Part shown: piece after piece, positions 31,059-41,707 of the stretch
How positions within the stretch are numbered: position 1 is the first letter of the stretch
Layout of the letters: each line of letters begins with the position of its first letter
Assembly: GCA_002811645.1 (NCBI GenBank)
Contig: PDIP01000085.1
Span: 38,202-102,201, forward strand
Length of the DNA: 64,000 bases
From: Corallochytrium limacisporum Hawaii
Lineage: Eukaryota; Protista; Pluriformea
Reading direction: 5' to 3'
Program-made: the position numbers and the translations under genes
Notes under the pieces: generated by a model
The model's input: the letters and a program-made list of their open reading frames with translations, nothing else
Told to the model about the DNA's origin: nothing
Databases searched by the model: none

Positions 31059-33818
31059 TCACTCTGCAGGTTCTAGTTTGTGCAGATGGCGCATGGTTGG
31101 ACGGCCGTGCGGACAGTGCCAGGGCCGATTGATCTCGCTCATGTGGCGCAGGATGCGGTGCATGACGCTACGTTCTAGTGCAGTACCAATCATGATTGAA
31201 GACCGACATGCCCTGCTAGCATACATCCGACGCAGACGCTGGGGCTGGCACATGTTTTCGTCGTTGGGTCGATCACGCAGCTGGCCAATCATATCATCGA
31301 CGTCGTCGGGCCCGAAGACGGTCTTTTTAGACTGGGGAATCTGAGTAAGTTCGAATTGCTGGCCCGGAGGCATCTCTTCGTTGTGCTTGAAGTCGAAACC
31401 GTAGCGCTTGAAAATATGCCAGTGGCGCAAGACAATGTCTTCACCGACGGCTGTGAGCTCTAACTTCACAGGCTTCATCAGCGGCTGTCCAGTGAGCTTC
31501 GACTCCCGGGAGAGCCGCTCAAAGTTGTATATCTCATCGCTGGCGTGCTGGTCAATGATGAACAGATCCTGGCCCAAGCGAACAATGAGGAAACCAAGGT
31601 TAAATTGACCTAGTATCTCCATTCGTAGAAAGTCCTTCTTGTCAATGTGTCGTTCCAGATCCTGTTCCACAGTTTTCTGGTCCACCGTGGCGGGCCCAGT
31701 ACTATAGGGCACCGCGTGTGAGGGCGGCTCGGTACCTTCACAAACGGGCTTGCCGGCATCCCTCGCCTTCTGCAAGGGTAAGAGTTCGTGGCGGCTGAGC
31801 GTTCTACCCGGACACAGGTTCCACACGGAATTGTCCTCAGCTTCCATCTTCTCATTGAGACCATTGAACTTCCAGTCGACGGTAACATCACCGAGTACCG
31901 TAGATGCCGGAGCGACATAGTCGGCAGCAGGGAAAGTCCCGGAATCCTCCGGCTCCAATTCAGTGATTACTGGCGGTTGCGAAGACATAGCTACACCGGA
32001 GTCTCCACTGCGGACAACACTCTCTATGTGTGTCTCTAAAGTGCTCTTCTTTCGCTCTTCCGGACTAGAGACCTTTGGTGACGCAACCAACACTTCCTCC
32101 TCGTGGGACAGGGGCGGGATGGTTGACGGAATCCTGTAGTCGTCCTCCGGATCGGCATCTACATTCCAATCTTTGATCACGGGCTGCGAAGACGCCTCCA
32201 TGATGGGCGCCTGTTCCTCTTCTTCCACAGGAACACTGTCTTTCAGACGAGCAGCAGATTCTGGCCCATCGGTAGACTGTGCTGCCAATCCACTCCTGGA
32301 TGGCCGGGTAGTGGCAGGCATTACACGCACCTCTTCCACCGGTGGCGCTACGTCATGGTCCGTTGCAGGCCTTGAAATCTGTTCCTCCATTCGGTCCTCC
32401 CTTCTGCGCTTTGCAGCGGTACGCCTTGGTGCCGTGCGACTTTGAATGTCAGTGAATTCCTCTTCATCGTCCTCTTCCTCTGATTCCTGCTCGACTGCCT
32501 CCGCCCGACGTTTTCGCTTTTCCTTGCGATCAACCACCTGCTGAGTCATGTACCGTTGAAGAAGTTTGGCAGCGCCACTCTCTGCAGATGACTGCTTCTT
32601 ACTCATCATCGTCTTTCCCAAAGAACTGCCACTGTTCACGCCGTAGGCTCCAAGTTTCTCTGTGAACGTGTCGCGGAGACATTCGATCGCGGCCTCGTAT
32701 ACCAAATTCTCATGCGCAAAGAACATGGCCCTCTTGTCTGGGGTCACATTCACATCCACTTCGCGGGTATCTAGCATTAGGTTCAACGCCAGGAACGGGT
32801 ACTCATTGCGATTGAAGGACTGGTATGCTTCATTTATGCGGCGCGTGAGCTTTGGCAGATCCACTGGCCGACCGTTAACGAATACATACTGGCGATCCCC
32901 ACGACTTCGTCCCATACTATGCTGTGGACTGCTGACCAAGCAGTCTATTGACAATTTCATTGCCATTTTTGGGTCCTCCGGAGCGGCTCCATTGTTGTCT
33001 TGCTCAACTTCAACAGCTTCCTCCGTGTCCTCTTGCTCCAGCCGTTCTTTGACGGATTTCTTTCTCATGTCAATGTTACAGTCGCGTGACACTTCCAACA
33101 GTTGGCTGGTCTGCTTTGCGCCGAAGATGACGGCCGCATTCTGCCGAATGCTGTCATGTCCTGGGCAACTAAGGAGCACCTGGCGTGCACCCGCGCCACC
33201 GGCCGCCTTTCCACCCTTAGGTACCGACTTCTGCCCCGGAAAACTAACGAGTGTCATGCGAACGTTCTTCAGGCCCAATGCATACGCTTGTACCAGCGAT
33301 ACAAGTTTGCCCATCTCCCGTTTACAATTGCGCTGCAGCTCCTGTCTCCTGACGGGCAAGTTCCCGAACAGATTGACCACACTGACGGTGGTTCCGCGAT
33401 CTCTTGCGGATGTCTGTTGGCCTCGTAGTTTTCCGGACTGGTCGAAATTCAAAAGTGTACCCATATCCTGGTCTTCTGTGCAGGTCACAATACTCAGCTC
33501 AGCGAGAGCACATACTGAGCTCAAAGCCTCTCCCCGGAAGCCAAATGTTGAAACCGTTTGCAAATCATCAAATTCCGAGAGTTTGGAAGTGTAGTGCTTT
33601 AAAGCAATGGTCTGGTAATCCTCTGCTTTGATACCACTGCCATTGTCGATTACTTCGATGCTGTCCAGTCCACTGTTCTTTATCCGAATCTCGATGTTTG
33701 TCGCCCCGGCATCCACGGAGTTCTCCAGCAGTTCCTTCACCACGCTCGAGATGCTTGTGATGACCTGTCCCGAGCAAATTCGGTGCACTGCCGATTTTCC
33801 AATCGCACGAATGGTCAT
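31059..33818 (-). CDS. PMS2: MutL-alpha endonuclease subunit PMS2 (yeast Pms1)
   Basis: GHKL motifs (VKELLENSVDAGAT, DNGSGI, TFGFRGEALSS), the DQHASDE endonuclease motif, ACRSSIMIG and CPHGRPTMRHL. Confidence 0.97.
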   Translation of the reverse strand: MTIRAIGKSAVHRICSGQVITSISSVVKELLENSVDAGATNIEIRIKNSGLDSIEVIDNGSGIKAEDYQTIALKHYTSKLSEFDDLQTVSTFGFRGEALSSVCALAELSIVTCTEDQDMGTLLNFDQSGKLRGQQTSARDRGTTVSVVNLFGNLPVRRQELQRNCKREMGKLVSLVQAYALGLKNVRMTLVSFPGQKSVPKGGKAAGGAGARQVLLSCPGHDSIRQNAAVIFGAKQTSQLLEVSRDCNIDMRKKSVKERLEQEDTEEAVEVEQDNNGAAPEDPKMAMKLSIDCLVSSPQHSMGRSRGDRQYVFVNGRPVDLPKLTRRINEAYQSFNRNEYPFLALNLMLDTREVDVNVTPDKRAMFFAHENLVYEAAIECLRDTFTEKLGAYGVNSGSSLGKTMMSKKQSSAESGAAKLLQRYMTQQVVDRKEKRKRRAEAVEQESEEEDDEEEFTDIQSRTAPRRTAAKRRREDRMEEQISRPATDHDVAPPVEEVRVMPATTRPSRSGLAAQSTDGPESAARLKDSVPVEEEEQAPIMEASSQPVIKDWNVDADPEDDYRIPSTIPPLSHEEEVLVASPKVSSPEERKKSTLETHIESVVRSGDSGVAMSSQPPVITELEPEDSGTFPAADYVAPASTVLGDVTVDWKFNGLNEKMEAEDNSVWNLCPGRTLSRHELLPLQKARDAGKPVCEGTEPPSHAVPYSTGPATVDQKTVEQDLERHIDKKDFLRMEILGQFNLGFLIVRLGQDLFIIDQHASDEIYNFERLSRESKLTGQPLMKPVKLELTAVGEDIVLRHWHIFKRYGFDFKHNEEMPPGQQFELTQIPQSKKTVFGPDDVDDMIGQLRDRPNDENMCQPQRLRRMYASRACRSSIMIGTALERSVMHRILRHMSEINRPWHCPHGRPTMRHLHKLEPAE

Positions 33819-34133
33819 TATTCAAAAATTTTTCTCACGACGAAAACTGATTTCCGCACCGGTTTACATGGTGACATAATTTATGGAACAGGTTGTCTTA
33901 CACCTATTGATTTATCGGAGGCTTGGCTGGCGACCTCCCACTGTACGTTTTGCAGACTTTGCTACATCGTTCACTGACACCTTCATATTCATACCATTGC
34001 ACAATCAGGAGCATAAGCTGTCAAAGTACTACCCACTTGCAGTCAAAACGGAAAAGCCAAGCACCAACAAAGTGCCACTGGACTCAACCGCACCATAGGA
34101 GAGCTCCCGAGACACACCCCCCCCCCGGCTCGG

Positions 34134-34514
34134 TTTGCGCGCGAAAGGTTCAAAGGCCTACTCGCCCAGTACTGGGTTCGCAATTCGAGTAAAAATGGGT
34201 CCCCGATTTTTGCCTGGAAACGGGAACCCCCCCCACCTCCCCGGTTTGCCCCGCGACCCCATTTTCCCTCCGCTCGCCGGCCAAAAGAAAGGCGGGCCCG
34301 AGAAATTTCTTGCTTCGCTGCTATTCCGCAAAGAAAGCGGTACATTCACTATCAACGGCATGGGAAGCTGGGAATTCCGTGGCTATTCCCCTCAGTACTG
34401 CGAATGTACGGGAGGGATTCTGGCCCCGTGGCCCCCCTCCTCCCGCTCTCCAATCCCCCTTCGTTGGGGGTTGGAGAGCGGCGGATCCGCCTCCCCAGCA
34501 TATTGCGCGGGAAA
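34134..34514. promoter_or_regulatory. GC-rich bidirectional promoter between PMS2 and SSX2IP with E2F-type and CHR-type motifs
   Basis: TTTGCGCGCGAAA 34134-34146 is followed closely by TTCAAA 34149-34154; GCGCGGGAAA at 34505-34514. Confidence 0.5.
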
Positions 34515-34769
34515 TGGAAGAGGCTTAGGGGGGGTCTCACTCCGGGGACGACAGGTTGACTTTGACAGCTCCATTGTGAAGCAAAAATACCTGGCAATGG
34601 TCTGAGTCAAGAACGATTCGGACGGCCACGGGTACTCTTAAGCTTTTCAATAAACTTGTATTTCATTTGTGTTTCTAAAGTTGTTGAATTTCTGGAAGAA
34701 GATTTGGACCATCGCCCGTACCTTAGATACACATCCCGAAACAAGACCGATTGGGTTAGAATTGTAGTC

Positions 34770-36575
34770 ATGCCGGGAGAAGCACCGTGGACGAATGACG
34801 GCTTTGGCTTCGAAGGCCAGCGTCATTTGAGTCTCAATGAGGCCTTGGGATTCGGAACGGACTCACCTCAACAGAATGAGAACACTGTCACACCGCCCAA
34901 CCCTCGATCGGGACAGGTTGCACCGAACAGTGACGAAAGGATGCAACAGCACGCTCGGATCAATTACGCCTTGAGTTGCCTTGGACTTCCTGGGGTCACG
35001 CCTGGAGACCTACGCAGCAGCAGCGATAGTTTGGTCCAGGCATTCTGCGATGTTCTCCGCGTCCAGAGCAGCGCCCTATCGGAAATGAAAAGTGGCCGGG
35101 AGCAGGCAGAAGATGACGTGCGCCGCTTGCGTTCGGACGCCGAACGGTTGCGCAAGATCAAGGATCGTATGGAGGCCCAGATGGAAAAGAAAGAACGTGA
35201 AATGGCAGAATCCAACTTCCACATGCAGAAACTGACTGCAGAGGTCAAGAGCCTGACGGTTCAATTGGGGAAGGAGAAGGAAAAGTTTATTGCCATGCGC
35301 GGAGAGGCAGAGCACGTCAAGCGCCAGTACGACCGTAAGGTTGCGCGTCTGGAGCGTGAGAGCGAAAGAATAAAAAAGAAGATGGCCACCGTGCTCACTC
35401 GTGAGGCTCGCCAGCGTTCTGGTGGTCTGGAAATGGTGGAAACTCTACAGAAAGTTGTAGCAGGGGCCAAGGGTAAGCGCGCTACCTGGCAGGACGCCAG
35501 TGTGCACGATCGGGAGATGATAGACCATCTGGCGCAGACCAACGCCCGGCGAGAAGCTGAATTCATCAATGAGAACGAGGACCTTCGCAATGCGCTTCGC
35601 AGTGTGGAGGAAGTCCTTGTATCCGTAATTCAAGAACAACAACAACAGTACCTGGAGATGCGCCGTCACCTCGAGACCCAAGAGGAGGAAGAGCAGGAAC
35701 AGGACGCGAACGAAGAAGACGACGAATCCGCGGAAGCAGAGGAGCCCACTGGCGTCAACGATACAGAAGCGGCCGGTGCCACCGCTGCAAACACAAGCGA
35801 ACTGTTCGAGGTATGCGCCGCGGAACCCCAACAGATCGGTGAATGTGGCTTCAACTTGCCCATTGCATACATACGCGAAAATGTAACCGACAGCATGAAT
35901 GCCAACCTTGAGGCTCTAAAGTCCATGTTGAACATGCAGAACGAACAACAGCGAGAGATCATTGAACAGCATGTCCTCATGCCCAAGGAAGACGAAGATG
36001 ATAGTGAGGAACTACATGAGCGGGCTGAAGAAGCTGCTACCATCATTGACAGCTTGAAGCACGAGGTGCGCCACTACCGAGAACTGGCAGGTGAGCAAGA
36101 GCGGCTGCTGCAGCGCATCCTTACCAACCCCACGGCCTCCGCGGGTGCTACAAGCAGTGGTGGTCGGTCCACCGGTGGATCCCTGTCCTCGGTCATGAGC
36201 TCTGGAGGTAGTCGCCGGCAGATGACCCCGGTGCAGGCTCGTCGTCTGAACATGAGCCCCATTATGGCCAACCTCCGGCAGGTTGAGATGGAACGGGACA
36301 GCCTGCAGCGGGAGTTGGCATCCATGCGCGTGCAGGCGAACCAGGTCAGTGCCGCAGTGCGGGCGTCCCCGCTGCGCAGTATGCAGCCTCTGGGTCAGTC
36401 CACGCGAGCGAACACTGTGGCTCCGGCCCCGGGCTCAGTGGATAAATATGCCACCAACGCAGTCACTGAAGTGGATGAGGAGGACAAGGAGAACCTGGGT
36501 AGCCCAGTTCGTGCCTCTCGCATGATGGCCAGCTCCCGCATGACCAGCACACCTCAACAACCAGAGTTCTACTGA
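34770..36575 (+). CDS. SSX2IP: Afadin/alpha-actinin-binding protein (ADIP/SSX2IP/Msd1), a microtubule-anchoring coiled-coil protein
   Basis: INYALSCLGLP, a long coiled coil with QYDRKVARLERESERIKKKM, GKRATW..EM......RE...INENEDLRNAL and FNLP..IRE. First ATG at 34770. Confidence 0.8.
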   Translation: MPGEAPWTNDGFGFEGQRHLSLNEALGFGTDSPQQNENTVTPPNPRSGQVAPNSDERMQQHARINYALSCLGLPGVTPGDLRSSSDSLVQAFCDVLRVQSSALSEMKSGREQAEDDVRRLRSDAERLRKIKDRMEAQMEKKEREMAESNFHMQKLTAEVKSLTVQLGKEKEKFIAMRGEAEHVKRQYDRKVARLERESERIKKKMATVLTREARQRSGGLEMVETLQKVVAGAKGKRATWQDASVHDREMIDHLAQTNARREAEFINENEDLRNALRSVEEVLVSVIQEQQQQYLEMRRHLETQEEEEQEQDANEEDDESAEAEEPTGVNDTEAAGATAANTSELFEVCAAEPQQIGECGFNLPIAYIRENVTDSMNANLEALKSMLNMQNEQQREIIEQHVLMPKEDEDDSEELHERAEEAATIIDSLKHEVRHYRELAGEQERLLQRILTNPTASAGATSSGGRSTGGSLSSVMSSGGSRRQMTPVQARRLNMSPIMANLRQVEMERDSLQRELASMRVQANQVSAAVRASPLRSMQPLGQSTRANTVAPAPGSVDKYATNAVTEVDEEDKENLGSPVRASRMMASSRMTSTPQQPEFY

Positions 36576-36775
36576 TGCCAAATGAAACAAAAACAACTCG
36601 TATCGTGATGATATAAATACCTATACTACTCTATAAATGATACCTTGTTGTGTGTGGTTTGATTTGAAAGATGTCAATGATGTTGAAATGCTGTAAAATG
36701 TAGAACCTATGTGTGTTGCGCCTAGGATATAACCCATGCTGAGGATTGCCTGCCGTTCATGGAACAGAAATAGTT

Positions 36776-38326
36776 TTACTTCATGTCCAGGACCATGGCC
36801 ATGGGTTCCTCAATGTATCCCTGGAACTGCTTGGTGAAGTTGGCAATGGTGGCACCGTCCACCACACGGTGGTCAGCGCTCCACGACACCTGCACAATGT
36901 TCGCGGCGATCACATTTCCGGCATCATCGAAGCGGGGCACCTTCTGGAACTTACCCAGGGCACCAATGCAGACTTCGGGAATGGCCAGAACCGGAGAGGC
37001 GTAGGTACCACCCACAGCGCCAATGTTCGACAGAGTGAACGTGCCGCCCTTTAGGTCATCAGCACCGAGTTTGCCATCCTTACCCAGGGCCTGGAGACGG
37101 TTTAGCTCGCCCGCAATCTCAAAGACCGACCGCTGCTCAACGTGCTTAATATTCGGTACAATCAGACCCATGGGAGTGTCCATGGCCACGCCAATATTGT
37201 GCGATCCCTTGTAGATGATCTCGGTCTCGTCCTCGCTGACCTGAGAGTTGAGGACAGGGTAGGATTTCAGAGCCAAGGAAGCGGCCTTGATGAAGAAAGG
37301 CATGTAGGTAAGCTTCACACCGCGGTCCTCGGCCATTGCCTTCATGTTCTTGCGGGTTTCGATCAGCTTGCTGACCTCGAGCTCCTCACAATAGCCAAAG
37401 TGAGGCACCTGCACAGCAGCCTTCATGGTCCTAATCATTGCACGAGTTAGACCGCGGACAGGCTCCCGGCGGTCCTCTCCGGCAACAAAGACAGCGGGGG
37501 CCATCTTGGCAGCCGGAGCAGCACCACCGGACGGAGTCTGCAGGGTGCCGGAGGCAGCGGCACCTGCGGCGGCGTCGGCCGCGGACTTGCCGCCACTCTC
37601 GACGAACTTGAGAATGTCCTCCTTCAGCACACGTCCGTCCTTACCGCTTGCCGGCACGTCGGCGAGGTCAATGTTGTTCTCAATCGCAATGCGACGTACT
37701 GCTGGAGTGGCCAAAGCCTTCTTTCCCGTGCTCTTGGCGCTGGTGCCCTCACCGGCGCCGCTGCTGCTCGATGCTTCGGTCGCGGCCGCGGGTGTCTCCA
37801 CGGCCTCAGCCTCCTCGGTCTCAGCGGGTTCGTCGGCTTCACCGTCCTCAGCGTCCGTCTTAATGTCCACCAGAGGCCTGCCAACCTTAGCCATGTCACC
37901 CACGGAGTAGTGCAATTTCACGACGGTACCGTCGTAGCGGGAAGTGATTTCAACAGTGGCCTTGTCGGACTGCACCTCACAGATGGGGTCGAACTGTTCG
38001 ACCTTGGAGCCTTCCTCGACGTGCCAGGTCAGAATTTCGGCCTCGGCGATACCCTCACCAATGTCGGCCAGCATGAAGGGCACAACCTTGCTGTTAGCAG
38101 ACGCAGAGGCGTGGAACTGACGACGCATGCCGTAGCTCTGGTGGTTCAACGCGGAGTTAAAAACCATAGGGCGGGCGATGCGAGCCAGACCGCGGTTGGA
38201 GCGCTGGGTCACGCGGGCACTACGGGTTGCGTTCGCTGCAATGGTGGACTGCATGCGACGGCTGTGGCGCAGACTGACGCGCACAGTAGCAGCTGCGCGG
38301 ATCGAGTTGCGAGACACTGCGTACAT
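36776..38326 (-). CDS. DBT: Branched-chain alpha-keto acid dehydrogenase E2 (dihydrolipoyl transacylase)
   Basis: Presequence, LADIGEGI, lipoyl site EVQSDKATVEITSRYDG, E3-binding ATPAVRR and catalytic SWSADHRVVDG. Confidence 0.96.
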   Translation of the reverse strand: MYAVSRNSIRAAATVRVSLRHSRRMQSTIAANATRSARVTQRSNRGLARIARPMVFNSALNHQSYGMRRQFHASASANSKVVPFMLADIGEGIAEAEILTWHVEEGSKVEQFDPICEVQSDKATVEITSRYDGTVVKLHYSVGDMAKVGRPLVDIKTDAEDGEADEPAETEEAEAVETPAAATEASSSSGAGEGTSAKSTGKKALATPAVRRIAIENNIDLADVPASGKDGRVLKEDILKFVESGGKSAADAAAGAAASGTLQTPSGGAAPAAKMAPAVFVAGEDRREPVRGLTRAMIRTMKAAVQVPHFGYCEELEVSKLIETRKNMKAMAEDRGVKLTYMPFFIKAASLALKSYPVLNSQVSEDETEIIYKGSHNIGVAMDTPMGLIVPNIKHVEQRSVFEIAGELNRLQALGKDGKLGADDLKGGTFTLSNIGAVGGTYASPVLAIPEVCIGALGKFQKVPRFDDAGNVIAANIVQVSWSADHRVVDGATIANFTKQFQGYIEEPMAMVLDMK

Positions 38327-38912
38327 TGTTTACTAGTGAGTTGGCCGATCTATAACTTCCCTGGGAAACTATCGTTCTCTTAGTGTGAGCAAGTGAACTA
38401 CACTGAGGTCCGTTACTGCAATATGTGCGTGCGAATGTCTACGTCGAAATACGTCCTTTGACAATATTCCCTCGACGAGATGTTCTAGATAGCAGTGAAG
38501 TAATTTGGTGTCCCTATCGACTGTGGTGTCCGATCGCCCCTACCATAAAGTAGTCGTGTTGAGTACCTGCTGGTGTGCGTACGACGTCATGCACTGAACG
38601 TCCTCATCGTTCAACTGAGCTGAGTGCGGGAACTGCAAGTTTAGGCTGGGCGTCAGTGGATGGTGGTGTTTGATCTTGCTCTTCTGCCCCGCGGACACAC
38701 GGGACCGCCGCACCCAAACACAACCAAAGGAACACCGCCCTGTGGGGAGCTGGGGAGGGGGGCCGTGTGACCTGGGAAGGAAAGAACGCCGCTCTCCTTC
38801 GCCCCGAGGGGGGCGGGGGGGGGCCGGCCAGGGAGGGAAGGGCAGTGGGGAGGGGTCGTGGGTGGCAGTTTGAACACATACACACACGCACACACTCTCC
38901 ACTCTCCACTCT

Positions 38913-38937
38913 TCTCTCTCTCTCTCTCTCGCTCTCG

Positions 38938-38968
<31 letters not shown>

Positions 38969-38982
38969 GCGCCTCTCTCTCT
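38913..38982. repeat. (TC)n/(TCGC) microsatellite
   Basis: Seen directly. Confidence 0.9.
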
Positions 38983-41286
38983 CCCCGCACACAGCACACG
39001 GTCGGAGCCCCTGCGGTGTGAGTTGTGGCGCACGCACACTCACCCCACGCACCGGGGCATTACGCAGACGCAAACGCACCATCTCCCGGCAGTACGTACG
39101 TACGTACGTGTGTGTATGTGTGTGTGTGTTGGGCAGAGCATGCTTAAGAAAGCACACTGGAAAACCACGGGTGTGCCATGACAAATAAACCCCCCTTGGG
39201 ACTACTACTCCTGCCCCCGTTGCTCTTTTAGAATGGTTTCGGTTTCATCGCGATTCCCCCCNNNNNNNNNNNNNNNNNNNNNNNNNNNNNNNNNNNNNNN
39301 NNNNNNNNNNNNNNNNNNNNNNNNNNNNNNNNNNNNNNNNNNNNNNNNNNNNNNNNNNNNNNNNNNNNNNNNNNNNNNNNNNNNNNNNNNNNNNNNNNNN
39401 NNNNNNNNNNNNNNNNNNNNNNNNNNNNNNNNNNNNNNNNNNNNNNNNNNNNNNNNNNNNNNNNNNNNNNNNNNNNNNNNNNNNCCTCCCCTGCCCCCCA
39501 GGCCCCTGGCCCGGTGCAAGGCTGGACCTGAGAGCAGCCCTCGACGCTTCTAACGCGTACACGACCCGGGGCAAAACAAGAAAAAAAAACAAAAAAAAAG
39601 AAAAAGAAGAAGAAAATAGAGAAAAAAAAGGGAGAAAAATGACCCGGGAAGAATAGCACTGGCGGCGTGGATCACTTGGGCACGGGTGGGGCACCTGCAA
39701 AACACCTCGACGGGCGTTTTTGCGGTGCAACGTATTCCTCCATTATTTTCTGCGCAGTTTTTCTGATCCAGTACAGTTTATATAGCCAAGAGACCGTGGG
39801 TGAAACGGTGAGAGGAGTCAGGACCATCCCTTGCGCACCGCGGGCCGAAGGCGCGCTTGAGTGTGAGAAAAAAGCCTGCGAGTGGGCCTCCCCTTTGGGC
39901 CATTGGCCATACGGCCACGGAGTGTGGGAATGCAGAGAAGCCGGGAAAAAGCAGGGCCCCGAAAACCAACAAAATTTAAAATCCCAACCAAAAAAAAAAG
40001 GAGAACACAATACCCAGAATATTTCACCCGCGCGCTTTGCAAGGCAAACACAGAGACTACAGGGAGAGAGAGAAAACGAAACGAACAAAAAGAAAACCAC
40101 CGATTTTCTGGTTTAAAAACAAAAAAAAACACCTCAATCGCGTTCGAATGATGGAACCCTTAAAGTAAGTGTGTGTGTGTTTTGTTGTGTAAATGTGCAA
40201 TAGATGGACGAGTTGTTGGGGAGGGGGGGAGGGTGTTCGGCATTAATGACAGAATTGGGCTGGTGTGTGTGTGTGTGTTATTTTTTTCATCATTCTTTGT
40301 GTATTCTTTCCTTTGTCCTTTTTGTTTGGTACCTCCACCGCCTAACCTCCCCCCCTTCTCCTCCCTCTTCCCCGCTGGGGGGGGGTCTCTGCCGGGAGGT
40401 GTGTGTACCACCTCTCGCTTGCGGTTTGCATCGGTGTGTTGAGCAGCAGCAGAACCACTCCTTGCACCTTCGGGGAGGGGGGGGGGTGTGTGCAGAGCCA
40501 GGGAGGGGGTCCGGAGCAACGGTGGGCAAAAAACTAAAAACGCGGGCCCGGTGTATTTTGTACTGGGAGACGGACAGCGGTGGGCTGTGTAAATAACAAC
40601 GGAAAAACTTCATCTCCTCCCCCCCCCCTCCTGTGTTGGGGTTAGGAGGGGCAGGGTGTCCCCCGTTTTGTTTCCACCGTGTGCCCGACCGTGCCGTGGG
40701 GAAGATGATGATGATGGTTATGGTTACAGGGCAAGGCTGGAGACAAAAGGGCGTTGGACGTTTCTCCCAATGGTGTGACGAAATCAGCGTGCCCGGGAGC
40801 CGTTTTGCTTGTTGCTGCTGGTGTTGGTGGAGGTTGCAGTGGACGTGGTGGCCATGGTCGACCATGCGGAAGCACTGCCGTGTTTCCCAGGCGATTCCAT
40901 GGCCATGTTTGTCTGCTGCGGTCCCAGTGCATTGGTGAGGACTGGGTGTCCTGATAGGCACGCACCAAGCGTTCCATCACTGAAGTTTGGGCACTGCGCC
41001 TTTTGGTGTCCATTCCGTTTTTCCCTTCGGGTGTGTAGATAGCCTTGCTGGGGCGGAAGGGGAAATTTCCCACCCACCAAAGCCAAAAAGGCAAAATGTA
41101 CTAGTCCACAGTCCAAAACAAATTCGTATGACCTAGGCTAATAATGCTTTTGTCTCCACGTCGCACACTGTGCACGAATTATGAATCCATGAGATGGAAA
41201 CTTGCACGGGGTTTGTACCGTCTCTGCCACTGCCATCGTCAGCAACCATTTGTACTTTCCTGTCCCCCCAATGTGACCTTTGAACC

Positions 41287-41344
41287 ATGCCCATAGGATG
41301 ATGCCCATAGGATGATGCCCATGGGATGATGCCCATTGGATGAT
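41287..41344. repeat. 14-bp minisatellite ATGCCCAT(A/G/T)GGATG x4
   Basis: Four tandem copies differing at one position (A, A, G, T). Confidence 0.92.
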
Positions 41345-41707
41345 CACGGCACGTCAACTCAGCACAAAACGCTCTTGACGATGGCCAGGAGTTTCATGTC
41401 GACCATTCTACGTAGTGAGCACAGGTAGTCACACTTACCCACCCACACCTTGACAGGGAATGCCTCCAATCTTTACTGAGCCTGGACATGTTGAGTGGAC
41501 ACCGGGAACAATGGTAGCTGTCTGAGACTTTCGCTGTGAAAGGGATAGATGAAGACCACTACAATGGGGACCTCAGGTGACAAAAGAAAGAACGAACAGA
41601 ACACAGGGGATCTCTATGAAAAAGACAGGGAATTACAACATATCACTTTCTTTTGGTCAGACATCACTAAATTCTTACCGTGAGTGCCTGATGAACCTAT
41701 CAACTCT

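Noticed and set aside
41287-41344. CRISPR-like array
   Set aside because: No spacers, a 14-bp unit, eukaryotic context and no cas genes.
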